From Bispira polyomma (lineage: Eukaryota), in assembly GCA_965649765.1 (NCBI GenBank), contig OZ287757.1, positions 52,080,001 through 52,144,000 of the forward strand: 64,000 nt of DNA, given 5' to 3'. This document shows positions 27,850 to 41,222 of the stretch, in pieces (position 1 is the stretch's first letter; the number at the start of each line of letters is the position of its first letter). A program made the position numbers and the translations under genes. The notes below the pieces were generated by a model. It ran no database searches. It saw only the letters and a program-made list of their open reading frames with translations, and was not told where the DNA came from.

Positions 27850-29070
27850 TTGCTGTCACACAAAACACTTTTTGTCAATTTCCTAAAATCAATATGTCAG
27901 ACCTTAGATGAGATTTGGATGATACGGCCTTCGCCAAGTCTCCAGCCGATAATGCGACTGATCTATACACACAGTACCGTGCTGATCTACAATCTCTCCT
28001 AGAATGCCATGCTCCATGTAAGTCTAAGATGTTGAAAAAGCCTGGGACTGAGTGGATCACTGGTAGATACCAGAAGTTAAAAATACTGCGTAGACAAGCT
28101 GAATGGACATGATCACAGAAAGCGAGGGTAAAGAAACTTTGTAAGAAAAATAACAACACCCTCCACAGGAAAAACAGACTATACTACCCAAAAACAGTAA
28201 TAGTAAATCGCTGCCAAACATTTTTAATACTTTTTTACTAATAAAATTACCAGAATCCGTGACAGTTTTATATTAGCTACCCCAAATACTCCTTCACCAT
28301 CAGCTCCACCAACCATCTTCAACCATTTCTCCACAGTAACTGTTGATAAAGTCGGGAAAACTATACTTACATCACCCTTAAAATCTTGATTGTTAGATCC
28401 ATGGCCTACATTCCTTGTTAAGGAATGTATAGACATTTTATTGCCCTCAATCACTAAACTTATCAACATCTTATTGGTCATTGGTGTCTTTCCAAATGAT
28501 TTTTAAAATGCCATGGTCACTCCTTTAAGAAAAAAATCGTCTCTTCCAAAGGCTGATTTAAAAAACTACCGTCCTGTCTCAGCCTTTGCTTTTTTCCCTA
28601 AGTTGGTTGAACGCATGTTGGCCTTACAGATCAAACAACATCTCAATGTCAGTTGTCTATGCAATAAGTATCAGTAATCGTACAGAAGTAGTCATTTTGC
28701 AGAGACTGCACTACTCTGCATCTAAAATGACGTTCATATATCTTTATCTAAAGGTATGCCTACTGCCTTAGTACTGCTGGATCTGTCAGCGGCATTTAAT
28801 ACTATTGATCACAAAGTTCTTCTTGAGTACCTATTGTCTTGATTTGGTATCAGTGGTACTGCACTTTAATGGTTCACGGCATATTTGTCTGATAAATTCC
28901 AATCGGTCAAAATTGGCAACAGCTTATCCAACAATACATGGTTAATATTTAACGTTCCCCAGGGTTAAGTCCTGGGTCCTCTTTTGTTTTCCATGTACAC
29001 CACTCCACTCAGCAAGATCATTGCTGCATACAAAAACATAAACTTTTATTTCTATGCTGATGATACCCGA
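27850..29070 (+). mobile_element. decayed L2-like LINE ORF2 fragment
   Basis: HAPCKSK, LKNYRPVS, LVLLDLSAAFNTIDH, VPQG.VLGPLLFSMYT and FYADDT motifs, interrupted by stops and frameshifts. Confidence 0.85.
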
Positions 29071-29143
29071 TTCTGCCCAGAATACAAATTTACATTAAGA
29101 TAGAATTATGTCAATACGTTAAACTATATTAATGAACTTGTAG

Positions 29144-29306
29144 GAGCACAAAATATCTGAAACGTTGAACGTCAAAGTTCACCTGTCAGGCAATGGTCCT
29201 GTGTATACCATAAAGAGTATGAAACAAGATGATACAGGAAGATACTTTTGCAAGGTCATAAATTCTCTGGGATATGATGAATCTTTTGCTGACATTGATA
29301 TCAGAA
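29144..29306 (+). pseudogene. Ig-domain exon (C-terminal half), NCAM/Fas2-like
   Basis: ttgtag|GAG...YTIKSMKQDDTGRYFCKVINSLGYDESFADIDIR A|gtatgt (DxGxYxC motif). Confidence 0.75.
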
Positions 29307-29707
29307 GTATGTATTACCATGTCTTGCCACTATATTTATCTATGTATAAAAAAATTAACAGGATAATTATATATATTCTTGTTATTCATTTTCCCTTCCC
29401 TTGGTATATGAAGCCCTCACTGACTATAATAGGTTTCTATTATTATGTCTTATTTGTGAGAGAGATACAAATTATATTTCTAACAAAAAATTGCTATGTC
29501 GCTATGTGAGTTTAGTTTAGACCAGGTATGTTTCAAAAATATAGTTTTGACATGTCACATGTAAACACTATTTAAAATTCAATGAAGTTTGGTTTGTGTT
29601 TAGTGTGATGTATAGAAGATTTTCATCATAACACAGTAGAACATTTACATAAGTTAAAGTCTTTCATGACCATGCATAATGCTAAATTGTGGTTGTTAAA
29701 ATTGCAG

Positions 29708-29922
29708 TTCCACCAAAAATTAAAGATCTTCCAAAAAAAGGTTTATTAGAGGGACGATTGGTTGAAATTGCAGTTCCACCAAAAATCAAAATTCTTCCAG
29801 CAAAAGTTGTATTAGAAGGACATTTGATGATGATACCTTGTGAAGCTACTGGTGATCCAGAACCATCAATTACATGGATGAAAGATGGAGAAGATCATGA
29901 GTATACTCTTGGTCATCAAAAG
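29708..29922 (+). pseudogene. Ig-domain exon (N-terminal half) with duplicated acceptor (alternative start 29774)
   Basis: ttgcag|TT CCA CCA; PPKIK..LEG..MIPCEATGDPEPSITWMKDG; AAG|gtaaga donor; phase matches both neighbours. Confidence 0.8.
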
Positions 29923-31559
29923 GTAAGACAGTTATCCTTCATGAGCTTTACATATACTATATATGTGGAAATAATAAATTAATTAGCATGAATAGGAAAC
30001 ATGATTCTAGTAAAATCAAACTTGTATTAATAATTTGTTTTTTTTTGAAAAGGTATCAATATTAAAAAGTAATTCTGATAAAGTTTCATTGTAAAATAGC
30101 GTAATTTAAATTACATATAAATTCTCCTTGTGTAGTACTTACCATTATTCTGATTAATTCACCTATTGACCTTTCCACACTGTCAATCAAACCAATAGCG
30201 ACAGCCAATGAAATTGCCGCTTTGTAACAGTTCAAAAACGGCCGCCACAATGTCTCACTAATAAACAATGGTAGCCGTGAAATATGAATACATATAATTG
30301 GAATATATGATTTATTAGAGGATATATAATTAGCGTTTGTGCTATATTTATTTGATATTAACTACATGAAATATAATGTGATTGTTTGTTATAGGTGAAA
30401 GTATTTTTTATGTATCATATGGTGTTTGTTTACATTTTTATTTACTTCCTGGTTATGGGTTGGCAACTGTTTTTTTTATTAATTTCTGTCTAGAATATGT
30501 CTAAAATAAATAAAGCTGTATGTGATTGAATTCTACTCCAAATTAGCTTTTATTTGATGCCCATGTTGCCCAGGTAGATGGATCAGTGATATGAAAATTA
30601 ACCGTAATTATCTGTACTACTGAATATTTCAATGTATTTATGTAGGGTAATATTTATATACAATACTTAGATTAAATACCAACTATAAGGATATAAATAT
30701 ATAACATATAAGAATGAGGAAAATCCTAATAAAATAAATGAATGCATGTACTGCACCATGTTCTGTACCATCTTGCTGGTGAGTATTAATTGAAGACATT
30801 TTCATTTGTAAATATATTTTATACCCAGCTGGTACATACCCAAGTAATTATAAAATACTTGGCCATTGTCCATAGTTATAAATTTTGTGTTGAAAAAGCT
30901 TTCGGAAATATATTACTATATATTACTAGTACCGTTGTATAGTTCTCCGATCTAGGTAAAAAATTATAGATGTCTGAGATACTAAGATGATAGACTGATA
31001 TTATGTTTAGAGAATTTATTCTCCTGTCACAGCATCAATTTATAAATTTTATTATATATACACCCCGTGTACACACACAGAACCCAATATCATATGTAGT
31101 ATGAACACATGTTTGCTTTAATAATTGTTATTTTCCATGAAGTTCTGTTAATTGCTTCCTTAAAATTCATACACTAACGGAATACAAGTTTAATATTGCT
31201 ATTTTCTGGGATTTTCGTTTATTGCTTCCTTCCAAGGTATATGTATAAATTTAAGGTAATATATTTTGGTGGTTCTTGCCAAGGCAAAAGTCAGAAAACA
31301 GTTAAATATCCTTATATGGAAGTTGCTACGTCTCGGTGTATTCTACGATGATAGGTTAACCTATTTGCTTTTAAAATAGTAAACAAAAAAAACTTACCCT
31401 AAATTATTGTCATCTTTTTAGAAGATGTAACTTATAATAATATATTTGTTATTGTGACAAAAGATTCTTTGATTCTATAATATAACAGCACTATATAGAA
31501 TGCATACTTTGACACCTTGCTGCTAGAAACTGACCAAGCAGCCCTTGTAACTTTCTTAA

Positions 31560-31830
31560 CCCTTTAGATGCCAACAAAAAACTCTCATAGAGAACTGAAG
31601 AAAATTTCTCGTGTTATAGATTAAAGACAGCTGGAGTCACTATAACACACACCACAGATTTTTTTAACGTGATTCGCTGATTTTGCTTACTAACCATTTC
31701 ATATTGCAATGAACTAAAGGAAAATAAAAAAAAATTTTTTTTTGTGATGTCGATTGCTTGTAGACAGTCATAACTTCTGTTAGTGACAAATGTTGTCAAC
31801 TGCTGGTCAACAATCTAGGGTTCGAAAGGG
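31560..31830. mobile_element. piggyBac-like MITE
   Basis: TTAA|ccctttagatgcc ... gggttcgaaaggg|TTAA; a similar right end (cgaaagggttaa) occurs at about 9304-9314. Confidence 0.6.
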
Positions 31831-31924
31831 TTAATTATGTAAATATTATTTTGTATCAAATCAAAACATTTTTTGTTATATCATGACTGGCAGTTAATTT
31901 TAACTATTGCACGAAATCCAATAA

Positions 31925-32075
31925 GAAGATAGTTGGTTATGGTTTTCTGCTCTGCAAACCACCAGCCTTCAGCAAGTGTACTGCCAATATTCCATATAGA
32001 TGCCAGGACCAAGGTTTAAATCTAACACTGCAGTTGTATGAGGTTAGTTTGTTACCACTACACCACCGAAGCCCC
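31925..32075 (-). mobile_element. tRNA-derived SINE copy
   Basis: Reverse strand ggggcttcggtggtgtagtggtaac...ttggcagtacacttgctgaaggctggtggtttgc. Confidence 0.6.
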
Positions 32076-34239
32076 TACTCCGGTTTAAACTACAAATTTT
32101 GACTGACAAATTAATCATAATTTAACAGAAATTTCAATTTATTTAGCAGATATATGTTGCTCTTTAAAGGCTATTCAAAGTACAGTATTTCTAATATTCA
32201 ATTAAATATCCCACTAAGTGAAGTCTACAAGTTTGAACTTGACCATCCAGGGTTCATTGATAAAACCCTGCTGGGAATAATCATAGTTATTAATTTACCC
32301 TGGAATTTGAACCCAGATGACATTATCCTTCTGACACTTTCTGGCATAATAACTGTCGAGACATATTCAATGAAGTTTCAACTTTCAGCCTTTGCCAAAT
32401 CTACTTAAACTTCCCCAAAAATATGTTATGCTCGAGATTCAAACCCATGATTGGCAATCAGGTACATGCCCATGGATCACGGAGCTGGTATATCCTCTGG
32501 GGTGTTGTAAAAATATTACATACAGTAAAAATAAAATTATTTCACATGACTGATACTTTATTCATAGATTTACAAAAGCTTTTATTATTTGATGATATAT
32601 AGGAGGTCCTTTAATATTTTGATCCGTGTTGATTAATCACCCTCAATCATCTGGAAATGTACTTGACTGTCTCATCTTCAGTATTACCATGATGCAATTT
32701 CCTTTTTCTTCAGGAATTCCCACGGTTCCATCAATTACGAAATACTGACCAATCTATTTCTTTGTCAGATTGTGCCTTGATGTTCAATAACCTTGAATAT
32801 AAGTAAAATAAAACGACACCCTGGGTATTATTTGTTCTAATTATAAACTTAAATGGTTTCGAGAAATAGGCCATACAAGATTTGTAAAGAATATATGGTT
32901 AAGCCATTAAAGCAAACTATACCCCACTGTCTATACAACCTACCTAAATTATTATTTTGTAGTGAATTTGAATTATATAACTTGGCCATTCTACATTTGT
33001 GAATTTCTGTATTTCAACCTAGATGACTAATTTTTGTTGAAAAATTATATAATATGGGCAGAAATTTGCTAACAATTGAAATTGAGCTTGCAATGACTTT
33101 ACATCAAAACGCTATATTTCCATATTATATTTTATTCAAAATTTCTACCACTTTCAAATAACCAAGAAATATGGTGAAAACCTACTGTTAATCTTATCGA
33201 CACAGTGATTTACCAAATTCTGTAGTTCTATAAAGTTCTGTTATAGTATGATTTAATACAATTTATATTATTTTTACCATTGTCGACACAGTGCTGTATA
33301 AAACTAACACTAATAATAATACAGTGATCTATCAACAGTTATCTTTTCAATATCCACCGCAAAACATACATTGATTTATGCAACTGTAACTCCTTTTGAC
33401 ACAGTAATTAAATAAATTCAACTGCCTTTGACAGATTTAACAAATTTCTTAGAACTTCCAAAAATATATTTCTCGTAATTGACTGTAAATATCCACCAAA
33501 TTTACAAAAAACCTGGTAAAAACTGCTATTGATTACTGGTTCTATACTGTTACTGCCTCTGGTTATAATTCGGACTCCATAAATCACCTTTACCAAGCAA
33601 ATTCTTTGCCAGAAAGTAATAAAATTATAGTTATAATACTTTGATACAAAAATCAGCAGTTATTGATCTAATTTTCGCCAAATGCATACTCGAAATTGTT
33701 GATTTTCTGCTCATTACACATTCAAAATTACAGGTACATCAATATTTGCAGTCCTATCTATACTGCAGTAGGATCATTTGAAAAAGATACGAATTGAATA
33801 TAAAACATAATTTGAAGAATGATCTATATTTTAACACACAAGATTTTATATGGACAAAAACAATTGTATACAGCAAACGTTTCCTTGATTTTGGTTTAAT
33901 TTACCAAGGGCAGAGAATGGGCGAAATTAGGGACAAAACTGTAAATAAAAATATCTTGTCATTTCTTTTGGTATAATAAATTTGCTTAAGTATATTTTTT
34001 ATGATAGTTTTTTTATCCTCTCTGCAATTTTTACCCTTTTCATTAAGAAACCTCTGTTGATTAAGCAGTTTAAAAAACAAGTCTGATCCGCCATTTTGTA
34101 GGCTTTGTTTGTGAGACATCGCAAAAGTGGGCGGAGCTTAGCCGATTCGTTGGAAAGGTCATGTGTTTTACCATGAATGCCTAATATATGTAATTCTAAT
34201 GCAACAATTTGTAGTTAAATTTGTTGGTTTAGTTACAGT

Positions 34240-34360
34240 ATTATTATTATTATGCATTTTTAACGCGCTTTATTGATGCCAGGCATCTTCTAAAGCGCAA
34301 TAGCAGAATCAGTGATCCAATCGTAAAGTTCATGGGCATAGCAAGGTCGTAAAGGTAGGG
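34240..34360 (-). mobile_element. L2-like LINE 3' tail
   Basis: Reverse complement of 49850-49950 (gcgctttagaagatgcctggcatcaataaagcgcgttaaaa plus (AAT)n). Confidence 0.85.
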
Positions 34361-34468
34361 GGTTAACAGCTGGTTAATCAGCAAGCAACCAGACTGGGTG
34401 TTAACTCACCCCGTAGCATCCGGCGGAAAGGGGCACAACTCCCATTAACATACCATTATATTTGGCAG

Positions 34469-34619
34469 GAGGACAACCTTATTCATGTCTCCAAAACAAG
34501 CTCAGGACTCTGCAAGCTCATCATTTACAGAGTGAAAAAGTATCACGCAGGCGATTACATCTGCATAGCCAGAAATGCTGCAGGTGAATCAAGAGAGAGG
34601 GCCCCTGTTACTGTTGAAT
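34469..34619 (+). pseudogene. Ig-domain exon (C-terminal half); not in the ORF track
   Basis: ttggcag|EDNLIHVSKTSSGLCKLIIYRVKKYHAGDYICIARNAAGESRERAPVTVE T|gtaagg; phase 0 to phase 1, consistent with its neighbours. Confidence 0.8.
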
Positions 34620-34642
34620 GTAAGGTGTTTACTGTTGCCTTA

Positions 34643-35061
34643 TGCTGCGGTCACACTGAGCATGTTCGTGTTTACATTCGCTTTGTTTTAAATGTAAGCA
34701 AATGGGTCTAAACAAAGTAGAAATTCGGGAAAACATAACAAAAAAATCAATGTATGGCCATGTTTAAGCTTGTTTTGATCTTATTCTCCTCATTTTAAAT
34801 ATTATTTGGATGTATAGTTTTACGGCCGTCCATCAAGTCATATTCACATTGATTATGTGTCATACGTTATAGACGAACGCACTAACCATTTGGTGAAAAT
34901 GAACTTAAATTATGAGATTAAGGGACCATCTTACTAACGCATGCTTTCATTTACTAAAGTACACTATGTTCACTATGCAAATGCTTACGTTTCACTTACG
35001 TGTGCCATTTTTAGACATTTTTCCGGAGTGATCGAAACGTATAGCCAGTGTGACCATACCA
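34643..35061. mobile_element. PIF/Harbinger-like MITE
   Basis: TTA|tgctgcggtcacactg ... cagtgtgaccatacca|TTA. Confidence 0.65.
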
Positions 35062-35597
35062 TTAATCTGGACACCTAATGCTACTGTGAAATTATTCAAA
35101 GGCTAATGTTGATTCTAAGGAGTCTTTGTATTAGTTCTCTCCTTATACATTATACTGCCACGTTGCTATTTGTTTCCGTGTACTCAATACCTATGATTCT
35201 TGCATCTGATAATTATACTATGGGGTATTAATGTGCTACTTCATACATAGAAGGCTAAAATAAAGTCACGAGTGAGATAACGTTCACATATTTTTGACTC
35301 TGCCATGCATCAATGCATGTTGAATCTAATAATAATTTTTTTTTTCTGCAGCAAACAGACAAAAATAACAATGAAAGAATCAATGAAATTAACAAAAATT
35401 AGTTATTGGTTCAATATATATATATATATATATATATGTTATTATTCTTAGTTCTGATAAGTATATTCTGTTGTTGCATATTAGAAGGGGTCTCACATCA
35501 ATAAGGCGCCCTTAAAAATCCATAATACAATACACACAGTAGAAGGTACCTTACATTTAAATTAGCATTTTAATAAAAAGTATCCATTTGTTTTTAG

Positions 35598-35785
35598 TCT
35601 CACCTACAGTCAACATCTCCGAATCAGAAGTGATGGCCTGGCCAGGACAAAGACGAAACATTACCTGCTATGGCAATGGTCTGCCTCTTCCAACACTCAG
35701 TGGTTCAGAGGCACACATAATATGACAAATAATGACATGTACAGAATTGAAACCACTAGAGGCGATGTTGTGGCAAGCACTCTTT
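35598..35785 (+). pseudogene. Ig-domain exon resembling NCAM Ig5, with a 1-nt frameshift
   Basis: tttttag|; FSPTVNISESEVMAWPGQRRNITCYGNGLPLPTL, then after a 1-nt shift WFRGTHNMTNNDMYRIETT...VASTL; the unshifted frame stops at TGA 35723-35725. Confidence 0.75.
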
Positions 35786-36245
35786 GTAAGGCTATTATGT
35801 AAATACCCATATTTATTTAGCGTTTAAATTCCTAATCATTTATTTTTTATTACATGTACTTATATTCTAGTCGTACTCTTTTCCTAGTTCTCATATCAGG
35901 GTTTTAAAAAAAAATCTGAAGGTAAAACTTTCACAAATATGATCTTAGAAAATTATATTACTAAAAGGTATTTTTTTTTTTATTGTTTGACTACCTCCAG
36001 TATATTTCAATATGTTTAAATTCTGCAAAAGATAGTTTGAAATCTGTGTCATACATAGGGTTACTAAATATTGCCTCAAAACCTAAAATTAAGTCCTTGT
36101 AATTTAAATTTGATAATGTATAATATAGATAAATATATAGTAGCTCTCTATTTGTTAATATCAGATTATAGTGATGTATATAAATACCTACTATTCTGTT
36201 TCTGTACAGTCTTTGCTTAAATGTGCATATATTGGTTTAATGCAG

Positions 36246-36359
36246 ATTACAATGGGAGATGAACCTTGGATCTATGACCGCTATAAATGTACATCAAAGA
36301 ATCACTATGCCAATGTCACAGCTACTGTAGATGTTAACTTTGGAGCACATTCACCGTAA
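36246..36359 (+). pseudogene. last recognisable Ig exon (C-terminal strands), ending in a stop
   Basis: tgcag|ITMGDEPWIYDRYKCTSKNHYANVTATVDVNFGAHSP* (YxCxxxN motif). Confidence 0.7.
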
Positions 36360-37514
36360 AAACTCTATTAGTGAAATAAAGACAAATATCTGATGCTCAG
36401 ATTGAATATGTCAAGTGAGGTTCAGGTGAAATAGGATTATAATGGTCAATTTCTATTATTTAATGTCATATATCAAAAAGTACATGTATTATTAATACTT
36501 GGAATTCCAGTTATATACAAAGATAATATGTGAAAGTTACTGGTACATTTTTAACGAGTTTCGATCCTAGCTCAGGATAGGTCGAAACTTCATACTTACT
36601 TACCTGTTGTCCGTGTTCAATTCTGGGTGCAATGCAGTCGATTCGTTTACTTAATAACAAACTATAATAACAGTTTTAAAAATGTGGGTTGCATTGACAT
36701 TTTATTTTTTTTTTCCTTATTTTTCATATACATCAGCCATGACTCTGCATACCTATGGTCTTACTAACATACGATTGTATGTTAAAAAATAAGGTCGTAA
36801 TGCGCCTAAAGCAGAACAAATATGTTACCTGTCTTTAAACTTTAATATTACAGTTTTATCTCAAAAAATTGTTAAGTTATTAATAATCAGCTATAAAAAA
36901 ATTCCCCCCCCCAAAAAAAAAAAAAACAAAACAAAACATTTAGCAACATTGAATAGCTGTAAAATTTTTGTGAAATATAAAAAATATAGAAGAGTTTCAG
37001 AAGGTGGAAGCAGATCTCTTATATCACTTAATACTTCCAAGTTAATTTTTTTAGCAATGCCTCATCTTTACATATTCGATTTTCTCTGCAATTTTTAAAC
37101 AAACTTCTAACACGTAGCCATTGATATAAAGCCGTTAAATTGGTTTTTAATTAAACGTAAACAACTATTTCTTTCTTTATACTTGCTGAACATATGGTTA
37201 CTCATAATAAACATGATTATACTATGCTTTAATGTCTTTTTTAGGCGGCTGACAAAGTCACAGACTTATTCCCATGGGTCTGCGTATGCGTACAAGTCAC
37301 GAGATTTTTCTCCAAACCTAAAGGGGGCTCGTTTTTCCTGACTTTTTGCAGGCACCTTGGGGTCTGAGGATGAAGAAGTATTCATGGCATCTGAGTCAGG
37401 TTATTACCTGGGTCTACAAAATATTTTGAATTTTTCCTATCTTTCCTTTACAAGCAGCACTTTCTTTGACAATCTTCTCCGGAACCACCGAAGGGATCAG
37501 TGTGTAATTTTTAA

Positions 37515-38391
37515 GGGTTTAGTGACGTAAACACATAAAACAATCCCGGAAAACCATCTTATGTGTGCTCGAGCTTCTCAGAAACTACACAACTTTTTCT
37601 TTGTGGCCTTTAACCCGTTTTATAGATAACATATTTACATTTTCATCAGTATAAGTAATAAAGAATGACTTATATTTTAATTATATACTAATTCATATAT
37701 TTTGAGTATCATTTTAATAGATGTCTTGAGACATACAATACATATTGCAATGTGTCATATTGTAACTAAAATGGGTAATATTTTCAAAGTACATGCTTCA
37801 CTAACGTGACACAATTCATATACCAAAAAGGGATCAATACTGAAGTATTGTATTTGAATAGAAAATGGAAAACATCAGCATTATTTTGAATGAATTTATT
37901 TTTCAAGAAAAGCACAAAAACGGGATAATTTCAGAAAAACTTGAAAGTTACACTCTTCTAAATAGAAAGATACTTTGTATTCTTTGTTTATACAAAATAA
38001 GGAGACATATTAAAAAATGTAATTCATTCAAAACAATATACACGTTTTTTAAAGTTGTGTAGCCTATACAATATCTTTATATATGCTGGATCAATACTTG
38101 TATTGTGTCACAATAGAAGGGGCTCTCTGCCAGAAATGTTTACAAATATGATGTTCCACCATAGATTTCAAATTGTGTGACGTGACAATACAGGAATCGT
38201 TGTATAGGTGTTTTTATAGTTTTATAGCATAGTATTAACCTTTTAAATAGTTTGGACATATAAAAATGGGTAAAAACCCTACTAAAGTGTACTTTAGACT
38301 CCTCATAGTTGTTATACAGACTAGAAATGACTCGAGTAAAAATAGCATTCTTTATCCCTAGCCCCATTTATGTGTTTACGTTACTAAAGCC
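37515..38391. mobile_element. Kolobok-like MITE nested in a larger repeat (about 37240-39300)
   Basis: TTAA|gggtttagtgacgtaaacacataaa ... tttatgtgtttacgttactaaagcc|TTAA: 25-bp TIRs with 2 mismatches and purine-purine termini. Confidence 0.65.
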
Positions 38392-40987
38392 TTAATACAA
38401 ATGCCTTGCCACATGTATATTACAATTTGTTCATGGCATTTTTCTCAGATTTTTAGGTTATACATTTTTACAATTTTTTTTTGCCAATGAAAATGAAAAC
38501 GTTTGTTGTCTCAAAAACAGTGTGAGGTAGAGAAATTTCAAACTCATTTTTGGCCAACAGGGCATGTTTTTAAGGATCCATAACAACTTTTCACATTTTA
38601 CGATTTTGGTGGCCATCTTGAATTTTCGCGTCTTTTCCAAAAATGTCTGCTATCTCATTTGTTCAGTTTCATAATATGTTAAATATTTGAATAACTTTGA
38701 GGTTTAGAGATTTTAAATGTATTGGGAGCCTATAGAAAACCAGGGTTAGGCAATCTAATGCACTGGTCAAATTTAACCTACAACATTGAGTTCAAGGTGA
38801 AACTGGGATCATTAAGGTCATTTTCTAGTGTTTTTGTCTCATGTCTTAAAAAGTATCACTTAGAATGCCACCAGTCTTTGTGTTACTCAGTAACGTTACT
38901 GGTATACTGTAGTATTTCCCCATACAGATCTGTTTTTAAGGTCCCTTTTCTGGCCCCAAACAGAATCATTTTTAGGTTTATGCTTGAAACCTCTTAACTG
39001 TTGAGTTCAGAGACTTGCAATCTATTGTGAGCCTATAGAAAACTAGTGTCAGGCAATCTAATGCACTGATCAGATTTGGGGGAGGGGGGGTCATAAAGGT
39101 CAATTTTACGTATTTTGTGTCATATCTAAGAAAAAATACTTTGAATGCCACTGAAACTGCTACATGATATCACTGTAGTCCTCCTTTATCATATTTGATA
39201 TCTGAGCTTAGATTTAAGGTCAAATTGGTGTCATTAAGGTAAATTTCCAATATTTTGTGGCAAAATATTTCATGTTTGGCAGAAGAACTTATTTTGTTAT
39301 TTCTGTGTTATTTTACATATGTCAATGATCAAAATATAGTTCATATTTCCTGTTTAATTTAAAATTCATCCGCATTTTGTTGGCTAACTTTGACAGGACA
39401 GACTAAAAATATTCTTACCTGCACTATTGCTGCAAAGATCTTCACCTACGATACTATGTTTTCTGGGATTAAAGTTGAAAACGTAGTTCAAATTTGCATG
39501 TTCAGGAATTCTGAAAATTCATTAAAATATTATATTATTTTCTGCAAAATAAATTGTTTTGATGAGATAGATTTTAAAGCTTAAGTATGTGAAAAGATAA
39601 TTATTGAAATAGTTTTTGGAGTAATTTTGTTTGTTTATACAAACAAAAACTATAGCTAGCTATACTTTTAATGCATTTAGTCTATGTGGCCGCCGATATG
39701 GCTCAAGTTCTTGACAAATAGAGGCGTATTGATGTATGTTGTGCAAAATTAAAAGTATCTATGTGAATTATATTGAAATGCATTAAGTCAATTGTAGGGT
39801 TTTTTATAACTTTTTGAGAATATTTTACTTTACCAAGTATTTGACGTGAAAGTTCGATCACAAACAGAAGTTCGTTCGGAGCGGACTGAACACCGAATTT
39901 GCCTTTTGCACCAAACTTGCAGTATTAATCTGCACACACGTTTGATTTAATAATTATCTTACATATATATGCACATGTTAGTGAGTCAGTTACAAATTAG
40001 CATTCATTAAATGGTTATAATTGTTATATTGGACTTTTTATCTGCTTTTTTCTTTCATTTTGCAGTATTTGCTGATAAAATGTGCCTTTATTTTGACACC
40101 AAAGAGTTATGATAGCAGACCAATAAAAATTTCTGGTTAAAATAATCAAGACAAACTTGAAACGCCTGTCCATGACTTTAAGGGCTCCACGACTTAAAGT
40201 ACACAAGCAATACTTGGACACTGTATCCTGAGTCCCAAAATAGACGTAAGCAAGTAAAAAAATTTATTTGTTAAATATTTTATTCTAATGAAAATTTTTT
40301 ATAATATAAGCCAATTCGACCTACGACGATTTACACAACTTTTATGATTTTTTTGCTTAGAAAATCTGCTATTTAGAGATTAAGAAAAAGTGAATTAGTC
40401 ACATGTTGCTTAGAAATGTGTGTAGCTTTTATATAAATTTGTATTAATCAAATAAAGACATTTTAAATATGGAGTTAAACTTTTGGGCGATGGAACTCCA
40501 TCTTCTGAAGAGTAGCCTAGCTTTGTAAGGTAATATTTTAGGAAATCTTTGGCTTTGATTAGCAAAAAAAAATAAGAACTTGGGCAATAATAAAATTAAT
40601 TTTTCTTACATTTACTAATGCTGCTTACCTTACTGTGGTGGAAGTAGCTAGTTGGTGTTCATTATTGAAAGTTGAACGAGTATGTGATATCGGTCACTGA
40701 ATACTTGTTACAGCATTGATGTCAAACACTTTTTACACTTCAAAGGGTCAATTTTAATGTTTTTTACTAAAAATCAACTTTACTGTTGTTTTGGGTACCG
40801 TAAAATGTATTTGGGTAATACGAGTGTATAGACAACTAGGATCAGGAGTTAAACAGGACAAATATCCTAAAGGTCTACAGTACTAGACTTAACACCATTG
40901 TAATCATCTACATACTAACAGTACAATATTTAGATGTAAACATATTCGTAAGGTATGCAGGCCAGATTTTATAATGATCTGTGAGCT

Positions 40988-41222
40988 ATAACGCCCATTC
41001 TAGTACCTGTTTAGGTTATATTAAGACGGGTAGTTGGAAACGCTGGAGGAAACACTGCATACAGTTGATCAAGGTTCTGCACTGAAACCAGCGGCCCACA
41101 GTAAGGAACTACCACCTTTCCCACATAGGCATCGACGGGATTCGAACTCATGCCGCCCAGAGGTGAGAGACCAGTGATTGTGAAGTGCAATGCTTGTTAA
41201 CCACTGGGCCACCACAGCCCCC
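40988..41222 (-). mobile_element. tRNA-derived SINE with Pol III A and B boxes (Meta-SINE-like)
   Basis: A box gtggcccagtgg, B box gagttcgaatccc, core tgtgggaaaggtggtagttccttactgtgggccgctggtttc, then gtttcctcca. Confidence 0.75.

Noticed and set aside
41130-41222. tRNA gene
   Set aside because: A and B boxes are present, but the sequence continues into a SINE body and has degenerate copies; no clean cloverleaf seen.
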